Shown here piece by piece: positions 46,581 through 55,935 of a stretch of 64,000 nt of DNA. Location: IMG/VR virus record IMGVR_UViG_3300012665_001179; one strand, 5' to 3'. The notes below the pieces were generated by a model, which had not been told where the DNA came from, ran no database searches, and worked only from the letters and a program-made list of their open reading frames with translations. The stretch comes from an uncultured virus (IMG/VR IMGVR_UViG_3300012665_001179) (lineage: Duplodnaviria > Heunggongvirae > Uroviricota > Caudoviricetes). The first letter of the stretch is position 1. Each line of letters begins with the position of its first letter. Position numbers and translations under genes: made by a program.

Positions 46581-47153
46581 TTAGAATGAACGGTTGTAAG
46601 CTAAACGCCAAGAGTTTTTCTCTTCGGACGTGTCACCATACGATTGACTATAACGTACAGCAATGCTGTCTTTGTCGGTCAATGCATACGATACTGCAAC
46701 ATGGCCACGTGAACTGCGGAATTGTTGTGCTGTATCTAAAGCATTACGCCAACGACCACCAACATCACCACTTAGAGAACCTACTAGTGGAAACTTAACA
46801 CCATAATCAAATGCATAATGGCTAAAATTTTCAGAACTAGAAATCTTTTCACCTAAACGCACACCTAGATATGGTTTGAATGAACCCATTTCAAAAGATT
46901 TGCGAACACGTGCTTCAAGACCAGTAGTAATTGAACCATTTCCTAATTCTGCTTGACTACCTTCCATCTTCAAACTGTAGTCCAACAACTGAGGAGTTTT
47001 GATTCCAACAACTACGGCAGCTTTAACATTATCTGCCTTTGTGTTACGGTTTTCTTCATCATAATACTGTAATTCAGCATAGCCTTTACTTTGTGCTAAA
47101 GAAAGACCAGATACTAATAACAAAGATGTTACTGCAATTTTAACAAACTTCAT
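46581..47153 (-). CDS. outer-membrane beta-barrel (porin-like)
   Basis: Signal peptide, alternating beta strands, C-terminal YNRSF. Confidence 0.75.
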   Translation of the reverse strand: MKFVKIAVTSLLLVSGLSLAQSKGYAELQYYDEENRNTKADNVKAAVVVGIKTPQLLDYSLKMEGSQAELGNGSITTGLEARVRKSFEMGSFKPYLGVRLGEKISSSENFSHYAFDYGVKFPLVGSLSGDVGGRWRNALDTAQQFRSSRGHVAVSYALTDKDSIAVRYSQSYGDTSEEKNSWRLAYNRSF

Positions 47154-47214
47154 ATACTTCTCCTATAAAAAAAATCAACTACACTTATTTATGGTTGTAA
47201 CACAAACGTCACAA

Positions 47215-47841
47215 TCATTCATACATTACTGTATTCGTATCACCTAGAGCCCATTTAGAATTAGTTTCGACCGACCATCTTTTTGTTGCCACTTTAAAGT
47301 CGGGCATTTTTAATTCTTTAGGATTACTACTAGGTTCTAATATTATTAACCTATTATTTGGTTGAGCAGCAAACTGTCCATTATCACACATGATAAAATT
47401 ATATGATTTATGGTCTTCAATATCTTCAGAAAATCCAGTATCAATTATATTGAAATCTGGATGAGCCGAATCGACCGTAAACATATAGACACCTTGTTGC
47501 CAACCACCACTCTTCAACTTAAATTTACAACTCATCGATTGTAACTGAGATTTTTTCAATACAGTTATATCATATGATAAACAATCCCACAATTGCAAGT
47601 AATCTAGGGGTAATGGTTCACCTTCGATTGGTTTCCAGCAAAATGCATGTAATGGTAGTTTATCATACAATGCGCCATACTCATTTAAATATGCCTCAAT
47701 ACGAAATGCTTGGCCTCTTAATGATTTAATACTTACCCACCAACAAGGAACAAGTTCTCCATGTCCTTTTTGAAAGTCATAAAGAAATTCTTTTCGAACA
47801 AAACATTTTACTGGAGGTAAATTTGCAACGATATGTGCCAT
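47215..47841 (-). CDS. conserved phage hypothetical protein
   Basis: YGALYDKLPLHAF, LQLWDCLSY, GQFAAQPNNR. Confidence 0.7.
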   Translation of the reverse strand: MAHIVANLPPVKCFVRKEFLYDFQKGHGELVPCWWVSIKSLRGQAFRIEAYLNEYGALYDKLPLHAFCWKPIEGEPLPLDYLQLWDCLSYDITVLKKSQLQSMSCKFKLKSGGWQQGVYMFTVDSAHPDFNIIDTGFSEDIEDHKSYNFIMCDNGQFAAQPNNRLIILEPSSNPKELKMPDFKVATKRWSVETNSKWALGDTNTVMYE

Positions 47842-48831
47842 TTAAGCAGCCTTAGACCAAACATCTTCCCACGTACCACTTAACGCACCTTTAGCATAAT
47901 CAGTTGCACGATTTTCAAAGAAATTCGTATGTGTTGGCGCATTAATCATTTCTTCTACCCAAGGCAAAGGATTCTTTTTCACTTTGAATATGCCTTTTAA
48001 GCCAAGACTAATAAGGCGGCGATCAGCAATATAACGAATATATCGCTTGACATCAGATTCAGTAAGTCCTTGCATAGGCCCCATAGAAAATGCCAAATCG
48101 ATAAATTTTTCTTCGAGTTCAACCATTCTCTCTGCAATCGTATAGATTTTTCCTTTGAGGTCATCATTCCAAATTTCTTTATTTTCTTCGACATATGTTC
48201 TGAATAGTTTAATCATTGATTCACAGTGCTGAGTTTCATCAACAATCGACCAAGTAACAATCTGTCCCATTCCCTTCATCTTACCGTGTCGAGGGAAATT
48301 AAGAAGCATAATAAAACTACTAAACAACTGCATACCCTCTGTAAATGCTGAGAAGCAGGCAATTTGTGTAGCAGTCGATTCTTTTGAAGAGGCCACTGTA
48401 CTAACCTCTGTGATGTAATCATGTTTATCTTTCATCTGTTGGTATTCCATAAACTCTGCATATGTAGAATCTGGCATACCTAATGTTTCAATCAAATGAG
48501 AATATGCTGCAACATGTAATGCTTCACGTGCTGCAAATCCCAATAACATCATACGAACTTCAGGTTGTTTGAATATTGGTAGATAGTTATTCACATAACC
48601 GCCTGCAACATCAACATCACCTTGAGTAAAGAATCTAAAAATGTTAGTTAAAAAACCTTTTTCAGATTCAGTTAATTTACTTTTCCAATCTTTTACATCT
48701 TCTGCCATTGGTACTTCAGTATGTAACCAATGTGATTGTTCATGTTTCAACCAAGCATCATATGCCCAAGGATAGTGAAACGGTTTAAAACTTGTACGAT
48801 CTTCTAACAGATTTGATTTTTTCTTACTCAT
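47842..48831 (-). CDS. nrdB: ribonucleotide reductase class I beta subunit
   Basis: FFTQGD, REALH.AAY, FTEGMQLFSSF, DETQH, NFFENRATDY. Confidence 0.96.
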   Translation of the reverse strand: MSKKKSNLLEDRTSFKPFHYPWAYDAWLKHEQSHWLHTEVPMAEDVKDWKSKLTESEKGFLTNIFRFFTQGDVDVAGGYVNNYLPIFKQPEVRMMLLGFAAREALHVAAYSHLIETLGMPDSTYAEFMEYQQMKDKHDYITEVSTVASSKESTATQIACFSAFTEGMQLFSSFIMLLNFPRHGKMKGMGQIVTWSIVDETQHCESMIKLFRTYVEENKEIWNDDLKGKIYTIAERMVELEEKFIDLAFSMGPMQGLTESDVKRYIRYIADRRLISLGLKGIFKVKKNPLPWVEEMINAPTHTNFFENRATDYAKGALSGTWEDVWSKAA

Positions 48832-49069
48832 TTATCCATGCCTCTAATTCTTGTTTTGATTTTGTACCAACCATCTTTTTCAATACTGTATTATCTTCAA
48901 CCATAATTAAAGTAGGAACTGATCTAATTCCATATTCAGAAGCAATTTCATTATGCACATCAATATCAATAACCTCAATAGGTAAATTTGTATTGACTTG
49001 TTCTAATGTCATCGCTAAGGCCTTACATGGCGCACACCATGAGGCGGTGAATCTTATTACCTTTTTCAT
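48824..49069 (-). CDS. thioredoxin
   Basis: WCAPCK, IRSVPT. Confidence 0.9.
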   Translation of the reverse strand: MKKVIRFTASWCAPCKALAMTLEQVNTNLPIEVIDIDVHNEIASEYGIRSVPTLIMVEDNTVLKKMVGTKSKQELEAWINE

Positions 49070-49087
49070 TTTCTCTCCGTTATTTTC

Positions 49088-49279
49088 TTATTTTTCGCAG
49101 GTGCGAGTTCTAGTTACTGTACCATCTGGATTTTTAACTTCTTCCCATGCTGTACACTTTTGTTGTTGTACTTCTTTTTCCATAGTTGCAGGTTTTTCGA
49201 ATACAGGTTCGATAACGAAATGATTGGCACCCCACCAACCAAAAGCACTTACAAAACCATACAATAACATTTCACCCAT
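49088..49279 (-). CDS. small membrane-anchored protein
   Basis: FVSAFGWWGANHFVIEP. Confidence 0.55.
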   Translation of the reverse strand: MGEMLLYGFVSAFGWWGANHFVIEPVFEKPATMEKEVQQQKCTAWEEVKNPDGTVTRTRTCEK

Positions 49280-49280
49280 T

Positions 49281-49925
49281 TTATTTCTCCATCAATTCAT
49301 TAACAAAATCTAACAATAGTTTATGCTGTACGCCACCATGATAATGATCTTTCATCCAACTATGATATGTGTACCAAATTGGTGTACTCTCAGGATGACA
49401 GCCTATAATACCGATGTTGTTTTGTATAATGGCCATCGGGTCACCATTAGCATATCTTGCAATCGTTTCAAACTTTGTTTCATCGCCTGCCAACGCACAA
49501 CCATCAAAGAAAAACATTTTATGTTCTTCACCTTTCCATGTTATAGGCATGGCCTTGGCATGTGGTCGTTTTGTATCTGTATTTGGTCTTATAATATATT
49601 GTACAGCATCCACATCTTTTAGTATATTAAAATAATGACTGCCTGCCCAATAAGCACCCATACAGATACCAAGATACTTGCCACCATTATTCAGAAAATC
49701 ATATATCTTTGTTCCATTATTATTGAACAGTTGGTGCCACGATTCTGAATCTCCCTCACCACCAGGAAAAGCGACAATATCAACATCATCGAAGAAATCT
49801 TTTTCTACTTGATGTTTGGTGAAAATTTTAAATACATATTCGTCAGATAAAGCTTCAATTATACCATTACCACATTGTATGGAACATCTAGGGTGGTGCA
49901 AAAAGAGAGCCATCTTACGTTTCAT
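49281..49925 (-). CDS. BPL_N / class I glutamine amidotransferase-like protein
   Basis: FPGG, GGKYLGICMGAYWA, GCHPE (Cys-His-Glu). Confidence 0.8.
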   Translation of the reverse strand: MKRKMALFLHHPRCSIQCGNGIIEALSDEYVFKIFTKHQVEKDFFDDVDIVAFPGGEGDSESWHQLFNNNGTKIYDFLNNGGKYLGICMGAYWAGSHYFNILKDVDAVQYIIRPNTDTKRPHAKAMPITWKGEEHKMFFFDGCALAGDETKFETIARYANGDPMAIIQNNIGIIGCHPESTPIWYTYHSWMKDHYHGGVQHKLLLDFVNELMEK

Positions 49926-51725
49926 TTAACCCTCACATGCTATGCATACAACTTCTTCAGTTGCTAACTGTTTCAAATCAATCTCCTCCATTACTTGTCG
50001 TTCAATTCGTTTTGATACCTTATCTGCTTTGCCAATCTTTTCTGAACGGCAATAGTATAAAGTCTTCAAGCCTGTTTTCCATGCCATGAAATGAATTGCA
50101 TGTAAGTACTTCACATTAACATCAGGTCTAAAGAAAATGTTAATAGATTGTGCTTGGTCAATATATTCTTGACGATCAGCAGCATGCTGTATAATCCAAC
50201 GTTGATCTATTTCCATAGACGTTTTGAATACATCTTTTGTCCATTCATCCATCCATTCTAGATGCTGTACTGAACCATCATTTGCAATGATACTTGACCA
50301 TACTTCATCATAGTCCAATTCTTTATCATCTTCACATGCCTTTTTAATGATAACATCTAAGAACTTATTTTTGTTAAGGTGAGAGCCTGAGAGCGTATCT
50401 TGTCTATATGCATTTGCTCGATATGGCTCAACACTAGGAGAAGTGTTGCCCATGATAATAGAACTGCTAGCATTGGGTGCAATAGCCATGAGATGGCTGA
50501 AGCGCTGACCAGTACCTGCAGCATCCGGCGCTTCACCACGTTCTTTGCCGAGTTGAAGATTGGCATCGTTAAGTCCCTCTCTTATATGTTTAAACATTTG
50601 TGTATTACGGCCTGTTGCCATTGGTGATTCGAATGCTAAGTTTTTCTTTTGTAGATAAGCATGAAAGCCGAGAGCGCCAATACCAATAGACCGTTCACGA
50701 ATAGCACTGTATCTTGCCCTTTGTATGCTGTCAGGAGCATTATCAATGAAATGCTGAAGGACGTTATCGAGCATCTCTGCAACGTCCCGAAGAAAAAGTT
50801 TGTCATCTTTCCAATCATCATAATACTCCAAATTCAAAGAAGATAAACAACATACAGCAGTACGTTCTTTATCGGTTGGTAAAATAATTTCACTACACAA
50901 ATTCGATTGTTTAATACTTAAACCTAATTTCTTTTGAAACTCTGGCATTGCTCTGTTACTCGTATCAATGAAGTGAATGTATGGTTCACCTGTTTGCATA
51001 CGCATTTCTAAAACTCTCTGCCATAATTCACGTGCTGATACTTTCTCTTTAACATCACCTGAATGAGGGTCTTTTAATTCCCATGTATCATCAGCATCAG
51101 GATCAATCATACACTTTTCAATGATATGCATGAAATCATCAGTGATATTAATACCGTGGTGTAAGTTTAATGTTCTTAAATTAGGATCACCTGTAGGCTT
51201 TCTCATCTCTAAAAACAACAAAATATCTGGATGACTAATATCAAGATAAGCGGCATAACTGCCACGCCGAGTACGACCTTGACGATAGGCGAGACTTGAA
51301 GCATCATATGTACGTAAATGAGGCATAATACCAACAGACTTATCATCAGCACTACGAATTCCCAAGCCAATTCCTACTCCTCCACCTAGCATTGAGAGCC
51401 AGTTGACTTCCGAAAGGGTATTGACAAGACCTTCTGCACTATCATCAAGATAGGGGAGAAAACAACTAATAGGCAAACCACGCTTAGAACGGCCAAAAGA
51501 TAAGATAGGAGTAGAATAACTGAGCCAATGCCTGCTGCTATAATTATAAAGACGCTGAGCGTGAGCCAAATTAGATCCAAAACTTTTGCTAACATATGCA
51601 AACCTTTCTTGTGGTGAGGTTTCATCCTCTTTCATATAAGATTCTTTTAATCTTTTAATTCCTAATTCATCGAATAAATTATCACGTGAATAGTCTACCG
51701 TGATACCATGTACCGTTTTTTCCAT
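49926..51725 (-). CDS. nrdA: ribonucleotide reductase class I alpha subunit (no ATP cone)
   Basis: PISCFL, QSNLCSEI, VCCLSSLN, AIAPNASS, LKTLYY, CIACEG. Confidence 0.96.
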   Translation of the reverse strand: MEKTVHGITVDYSRDNLFDELGIKRLKESYMKEDETSPQERFAYVSKSFGSNLAHAQRLYNYSSRHWLSYSTPILSFGRSKRGLPISCFLPYLDDSAEGLVNTLSEVNWLSMLGGGVGIGLGIRSADDKSVGIMPHLRTYDASSLAYRQGRTRRGSYAAYLDISHPDILLFLEMRKPTGDPNLRTLNLHHGINITDDFMHIIEKCMIDPDADDTWELKDPHSGDVKEKVSARELWQRVLEMRMQTGEPYIHFIDTSNRAMPEFQKKLGLSIKQSNLCSEIILPTDKERTAVCCLSSLNLEYYDDWKDDKLFLRDVAEMLDNVLQHFIDNAPDSIQRARYSAIRERSIGIGALGFHAYLQKKNLAFESPMATGRNTQMFKHIREGLNDANLQLGKERGEAPDAAGTGQRFSHLMAIAPNASSSIIMGNTSPSVEPYRANAYRQDTLSGSHLNKNKFLDVIIKKACEDDKELDYDEVWSSIIANDGSVQHLEWMDEWTKDVFKTSMEIDQRWIIQHAADRQEYIDQAQSINIFFRPDVNVKYLHAIHFMAWKTGLKTLYYCRSEKIGKADKVSKRIERQVMEEIDLKQLATEEVVCIACEG

Positions 51726-51744
51726 TTAATCCTCTTTGTTATTT

Positions 51745-52386
51745 TTATTGTACTGCTGCGACTACATTAGGGAACTTTTCAGAAATAATATCCCAACATT
51801 TTTTTGCTACATCCATATGTTCTTTCTGTGTACCATTTGCCATCCTTAGAGTGCAGTAATGGATCCACGAACGTAAAGTTCCGTTCATGTATAATTTTGA
51901 TTGTGTGTTGCCTTCTGGTAGAACAGATCGTGCTTGCTCTTTTGCTATACCGTTACTAATTGCCCACTCATATGCTGTTTTAGCGTTAGAGATAACTGTT
52001 TGTTGATGAATTTCCCATGCATTTTGCAATTCGGAATCTTCAACAACTATACTGTTTTGTCTATTCTTATTGTCTTGCAATCTTGCTTCACGTAATTCAA
52101 ATGACAAATCTTTTGTTGGATCAGCGTACCTCTGGCTGAATTCTTGAAACGAGAAACTTCTGTGTCGTAATATCTGTCTTGCAATATCACGTGTTGTGTT
52201 TATTTCCATCACTACATTTACCATCTCAAATGGTGACCAATGTTGATTCTTAATCAAATAACGAATCAACTTCTCATTGCCTTCGGTAGTGTTCTGGTTA
52301 CTAGGATTAGATACCCTAGCCATATAGACAATTAAATTCTCATCACCCGAAACACCAATCATCTTTACATTCATATCTTCTTCCAA
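51745..52386 (-). CDS. thyX: flavin-dependent thymidylate synthase
   Basis: HWSPFE, RHRSFSFQEFSQRY, KEQARSVLP. Confidence 0.96.
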   Translation of the reverse strand: MEEDMNVKMIGVSGDENLIVYMARVSNPSNQNTTEGNEKLIRYLIKNQHWSPFEMVNVVMEINTTRDIARQILRHRSFSFQEFSQRYADPTKDLSFELREARLQDNKNRQNSIVVEDSELQNAWEIHQQTVISNAKTAYEWAISNGIAKEQARSVLPEGNTQSKLYMNGTLRSWIHYCTLRMANGTQKEHMDVAKKCWDIISEKFPNVVAAVQ

Positions 52387-53387
52387 TAATTAAATTTCAA
52401 ATTCGCTTTAACACCTTGAAACGTGTTATTACTTATAATATCTTGCACTTCACCTGCTGAAATACCATTTTGTATCATCTCATTGATATCTTTGCCTTCC
52501 ATAGTGTCTGGCCAGATAACAACTTTACGACCTGCCTTGATGGCTGTCTGAACCATCTTGACAATTTCTTTATTACGAGGTTCATTATCAAAGACCAAAA
52601 CAACATTCTCAACATTCATCGATTCAGCAGTTTTGTTCAGATTTGCATCACCAGAAGCGATAGTATTATTTAGAAACAAACTGTCTATGGGACCTTCTAC
52701 AATCTGTATAACCTGTGATTGATTTATTGTATCGAGACCATAGATTAATTTGTCTTCACTATCATTTGTTCTTAGAGTTACATATCTGAGTTTATATGTA
52801 GTCTCTCCCAATGCACGACCGGATACTGCAATTAATTCTTTATTCTGATTGTAGAATGGTATAACCAAACGAGCATCATTAGTGATTGTTTTACCATGAT
52901 CTGGCACCAATGCATTAACAAAATCTAGATACTTCTCAGTGAACAATAATTTATTCCATTTATCTTTAGGAATATTTCTTGCAATAACATAATCTTTACA
53001 GTAGTGACCATCAGGCAATTCTGACACATATATTGCATGTTCAAAAGATTTCTTGATGATAGGTAATCTAGTCTTGATTGGTAGTGGAGCTTCCACCACC
53101 TTGTTAGTCTCACCTGTTTTATACCTTTCGAGTACATATTCTCTATGTACCGCAGGATCAACTTGTTTAATAAGATTGCCAATGTTCGTGCTTGCTGAAC
53201 AGTTATGGCAACGGTAGAATAAACTATTTCCCTTTGCAAATGCATACCCACGAGCTTTAGATTTATTCTTTTGACTGTCACCACAAATGGGACATGAAAA
53301 GTTCCAAAGATAGGCACTCTTCTGCTTAAAGTTCCGCAGACGAGAAGAGATAAGTTTTAAATAAGTGGAATCTGTAGATAGTGACAT
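52371..53387 (-). CDS. gp61: DNA primase gp61
   Basis: CPICGDS...CHNC zinc finger, RLVIPF, VEGPIDSLF, DNEPRN, KDINEM. Confidence 0.95.
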   Translation of the reverse strand: MSLSTDSTYLKLISSRLRNFKQKSAYLWNFSCPICGDSQKNKSKARGYAFAKGNSLFYRCHNCSASTNIGNLIKQVDPAVHREYVLERYKTGETNKVVEAPLPIKTRLPIIKKSFEHAIYVSELPDGHYCKDYVIARNIPKDKWNKLLFTEKYLDFVNALVPDHGKTITNDARLVIPFYNQNKELIAVSGRALGETTYKLRYVTLRTNDSEDKLIYGLDTINQSQVIQIVEGPIDSLFLNNTIASGDANLNKTAESMNVENVVLVFDNEPRNKEIVKMVQTAIKAGRKVVIWPDTMEGKDINEMIQNGISAGEVQDIISNNTFQGVKANLKFNYWKKI

Positions 53388-53424
53388 AATGCATAATATA
53401 ATACATCTTCAACATAATGTCAAG

Positions 53425-53859
53425 TTAATTAAATAATTTACCTAACATTTCTAATTTGACGTTGGAAACTAACCAAGCAAACACAATTACACCGCCGGCA
53501 ACCATCCATCGCCATTGGGATAACTTTTGTATGTCGGCATCTTCTTTGTCATTATGTTCGGTAATATGATCTCGTAGAGATTTGATTTCATCCATAATTC
53601 TACGTTCAGTTAATTCTATCTTATCTGATAGGTTTCTGTCAACTGTAGTAATACGTGAATGTAATTCTTTGATGTCGCTCACAGTATCTTCTTTTCTTTT
53701 ATCCATATCGTTATAGATTTGGTTTGTTAGTGTGGTTTGATTATCTGTGAGCTTTTCAATCACACGATCCATTTTGTTGCAAAGGTCAGTGAGTGTACTG
53801 ACTTTTACCTTCAGTACACCCACATCTACCTTTAAATCAACTTCGTTGATATCAGACAA
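53425..53859 (-). CDS. coiled-coil protein with C-terminal TM
   Basis: ELHSRIT, LSQWRWMVAGG. Confidence 0.65.
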   Translation of the reverse strand: MSDINEVDLKVDVGVLKVKVSTLTDLCNKMDRVIEKLTDNQTTLTNQIYNDMDKRKEDTVSDIKELHSRITTVDRNLSDKIELTERRIMDEIKSLRDHITEHNDKEDADIQKLSQWRWMVAGGVIVFAWLVSNVKLEMLGKLFN

Positions 53860-53862
53860 TTT

Positions 53863-54192
53863 TTACTCCGAATTGCCTGCTTTAATCGATTCTACTTTTT
53901 CTTGACCTCTAGTCCATGCTGAGATACCTAGAATTGCCATAAAGGAGATATGAATAAAACCTCCGTTTTGTAGTGTCATCGATTGCCATTGACGGAAAGC
54001 ATCATTCGATGCTTCTGTTTCCCAGAATTGAATGATTGAGAATAAAATTGGAAATAAAACAAAATCGCAGATATTGATAATCATGTAAGTTACAGCCATC
54101 ATAGGACGCCATTTACTGGTCATCCAATCTTCTGATTTTTGTTGAGCTTCTGTTACTGGTGGTTCAACCACTTCTTCTTTTTTTGTTGCCAT
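53863..54192 (-). CDS. holin-like membrane protein
   Basis: KWRPMM...CDFVLFP...ILGISAWTRGQEK; two TMs. Confidence 0.6.
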   Translation of the reverse strand: MATKKEEVVEPPVTEAQQKSEDWMTSKWRPMMAVTYMIINICDFVLFPILFSIIQFWETEASNDAFRQWQSMTLQNGGFIHISFMAILGISAWTRGQEKVESIKAGNSE

Positions 54193-54193
54193 A

Positions 54194-54400
54194 TTATGCT
54201 CCTATCTTGGCGAGTTTATTATTTATCTTTTTAAGTAATTCACTTTTTTGTTCCTCAGTTTCATCTTCTACTAATACTGAATTTTCTACATCAAAACTTT
54301 TAAGTGTTAATATGAAAGTATCTTTATCGATTACTTTATCGTCATACATCTTACAAATATCTGGAAAGTTTGATTCTAAAGCATGAAAGTATTTTGCCAT
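54194..54400 (-). CDS. hypothetical protein (possible fibre chaperone)
   Basis: Small ORF after fibre gene. Confidence 0.5.
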   Translation of the reverse strand: MAKYFHALESNFPDICKMYDDKVIDKDTFILTLKSFDVENSVLVEDETEEQKSELLKKINNKLAKIGA

Positions 54401-54414
54401 TTTTTTATCCTTAA

Positions 54415-55935
54415 TTATGGTATCAAATATTCTTGAGTTATGTATATTTTACCTGCACTACCAGCAAGACCTATCGAAGCGCCACCATTGCCAGCTGTGC
54501 CTCTATTAGTATCAGCTGATTGTGCGGCTACATTAAAAGATGCTCCTATAGTTATTCCATTTATTACTTCAGTTGGATGCACATAACCACTACCACCACC
54601 GCCACCGTAGGCAGCACCAGTATATCCACCGCCACCGCCGCCAAAGTATCCGCCACCGCCTCCACCACCGCCGGCAGCACCACCATCATATCCGCCACGG
54701 CCGCCATTACCGAATCCTGATCCTCCGGCTGAAGGAAATGAGGATGTAGTTGAAGCACCATTACCGCCATTTCTGCCTGAGCCGCTAGCACCGATACCTG
54801 GACTTAATGATCCGCCTGCACCGGGTCCAAATTGTGAACCTCCAGATCCGCTAGAACCACCTAATGGTGTTTGACCGTCACTTCCTCCACCGCCACCGCC
54901 ACGACCTTCGTTAAATGCGGGTGGAAAACTAGTACCCCAAGAACCGCCACCACCACCTGCTACTAAAAGAGGATTAGATGTAGTTGCAACTTCGATTCCT
55001 GTTCCGCCACCTCCGCCACCTGCGGCACGAAAAGTACCTCCTGCTCCTCCACCCCCAATTGTAAAATTATAAGTATTTGAGTTATATAATTTTACAAGCC
55101 CACCAGAATATCCGCCTGCAGCACCTTGTGAGCCTAAAGCTAATCCTCCTGCGCCGCCACCAGCACCCCACATTTTCACATTGAGTGCTAAATTTGCATT
55201 GGTTGTGATTGTATAATTTATTGCAGATGTTAAACTTAGTGGTCCATCTACAGCAAAAATCCATGTCGTTTTTCCACTGACAGCTGGAGATACTGATAAA
55301 ACTACACTATTAACTACAGGCAATGTAAATGTTTTTTCAATTCTCTGATATTCTGAATCGGTGGCTCTTACTGTAAATGAATAGGTTGTATAAGGTATAT
55401 TTTGTGTTACATTTCCTGTTATAAAACCAGTACTTGTATTTAATGTGTAAGATGGAGGTAAACTACCACCAACAAGTTCATACGTAACTGTACTATCTGA
55501 AGTAGCTATTAAAGAAATATTTGCGCTGCTATTTGTTGTTTGTGTTTGTAATGAAGAACTCGTTTGCCAATTTATAGGACCACTTACTTTGAATATTCCT
55601 ATTCTAAAAGATGTTGAACCTGAAGGATTTTGTACATATAGATTATAGTTACCTGTATTAATAGCAGGAACAACAGCTCTGATTTGTGTTGGTGTTACAG
55701 AAGTGACAGTTAAACTTGAATTGATATTATAATATACTTGTGCGTTAGCTGCAAATCCTGATCCATTAATAACAATATAACCACCAGTATTATCAACGGC
55801 AGCAATATTTGCATATTCATTTAAAGGAGTATAATTTGAATTCGTAACTTCAACATTCGCAATTCGAATTACATTTGTCGAATATTTGTCGAATAAAGCC
55901 GTATCAATATTATAATCAAATACTTTTTGTGTCAT
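54415..55935 (-). CDS. fibre/adhesin: IPT/TIG, Ig-like and glycine-rich domains
   Basis: INGSGF...YNLYVQNP; GSLPP..TLNTSTGFITG; WGAGGG...GGGGGYFGGGGG. Confidence 0.8.
   Translation of the reverse strand: MTQKVFDYNIDTALFDKYSTNVIRIANVEVTNSNYTPLNEYANIAAVDNTGGYIVINGSGFAANAQVYYNINSSLTVTSVTPTQIRAVVPAINTGNYNLYVQNPSGSTSFRIGIFKVSGPINWQTSSSLQTQTTNSSANISLIATSDSTVTYELVGGSLPPSYTLNTSTGFITGNVTQNIPYTTYSFTVRATDSEYQRIEKTFTLPVVNSVVLSVSPAVSGKTTWIFAVDGPLSLTSAINYTITTNANLALNVKMWGAGGGAGGLALGSQGAAGGYSGGLVKLYNSNTYNFTIGGGGAGGTFRAAGGGGGGTGIEVATTSNPLLVAGGGGGSWGTSFPPAFNEGRGGGGGGSDGQTPLGGSSGSGGSQFGPGAGGSLSPGIGASGSGRNGGNGASTTSSFPSAGGSGFGNGGRGGYDGGAAGGGGGGGGYFGGGGGGYTGAAYGGGGGSGYVHPTEVINGITIGASFNVAAQSADTNRGTAGNGGASIGLAGSAGKIYITQEYLIP

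Noticed and set aside
47842..52386. Introns or inteins in nrdA, nrdB, thyX
   Set aside because: All three are continuous and of compact length
54590..55060. CCACCG-type tandem repeats
   Set aside because: Simply glycine codons of the Gly-rich fibre domain
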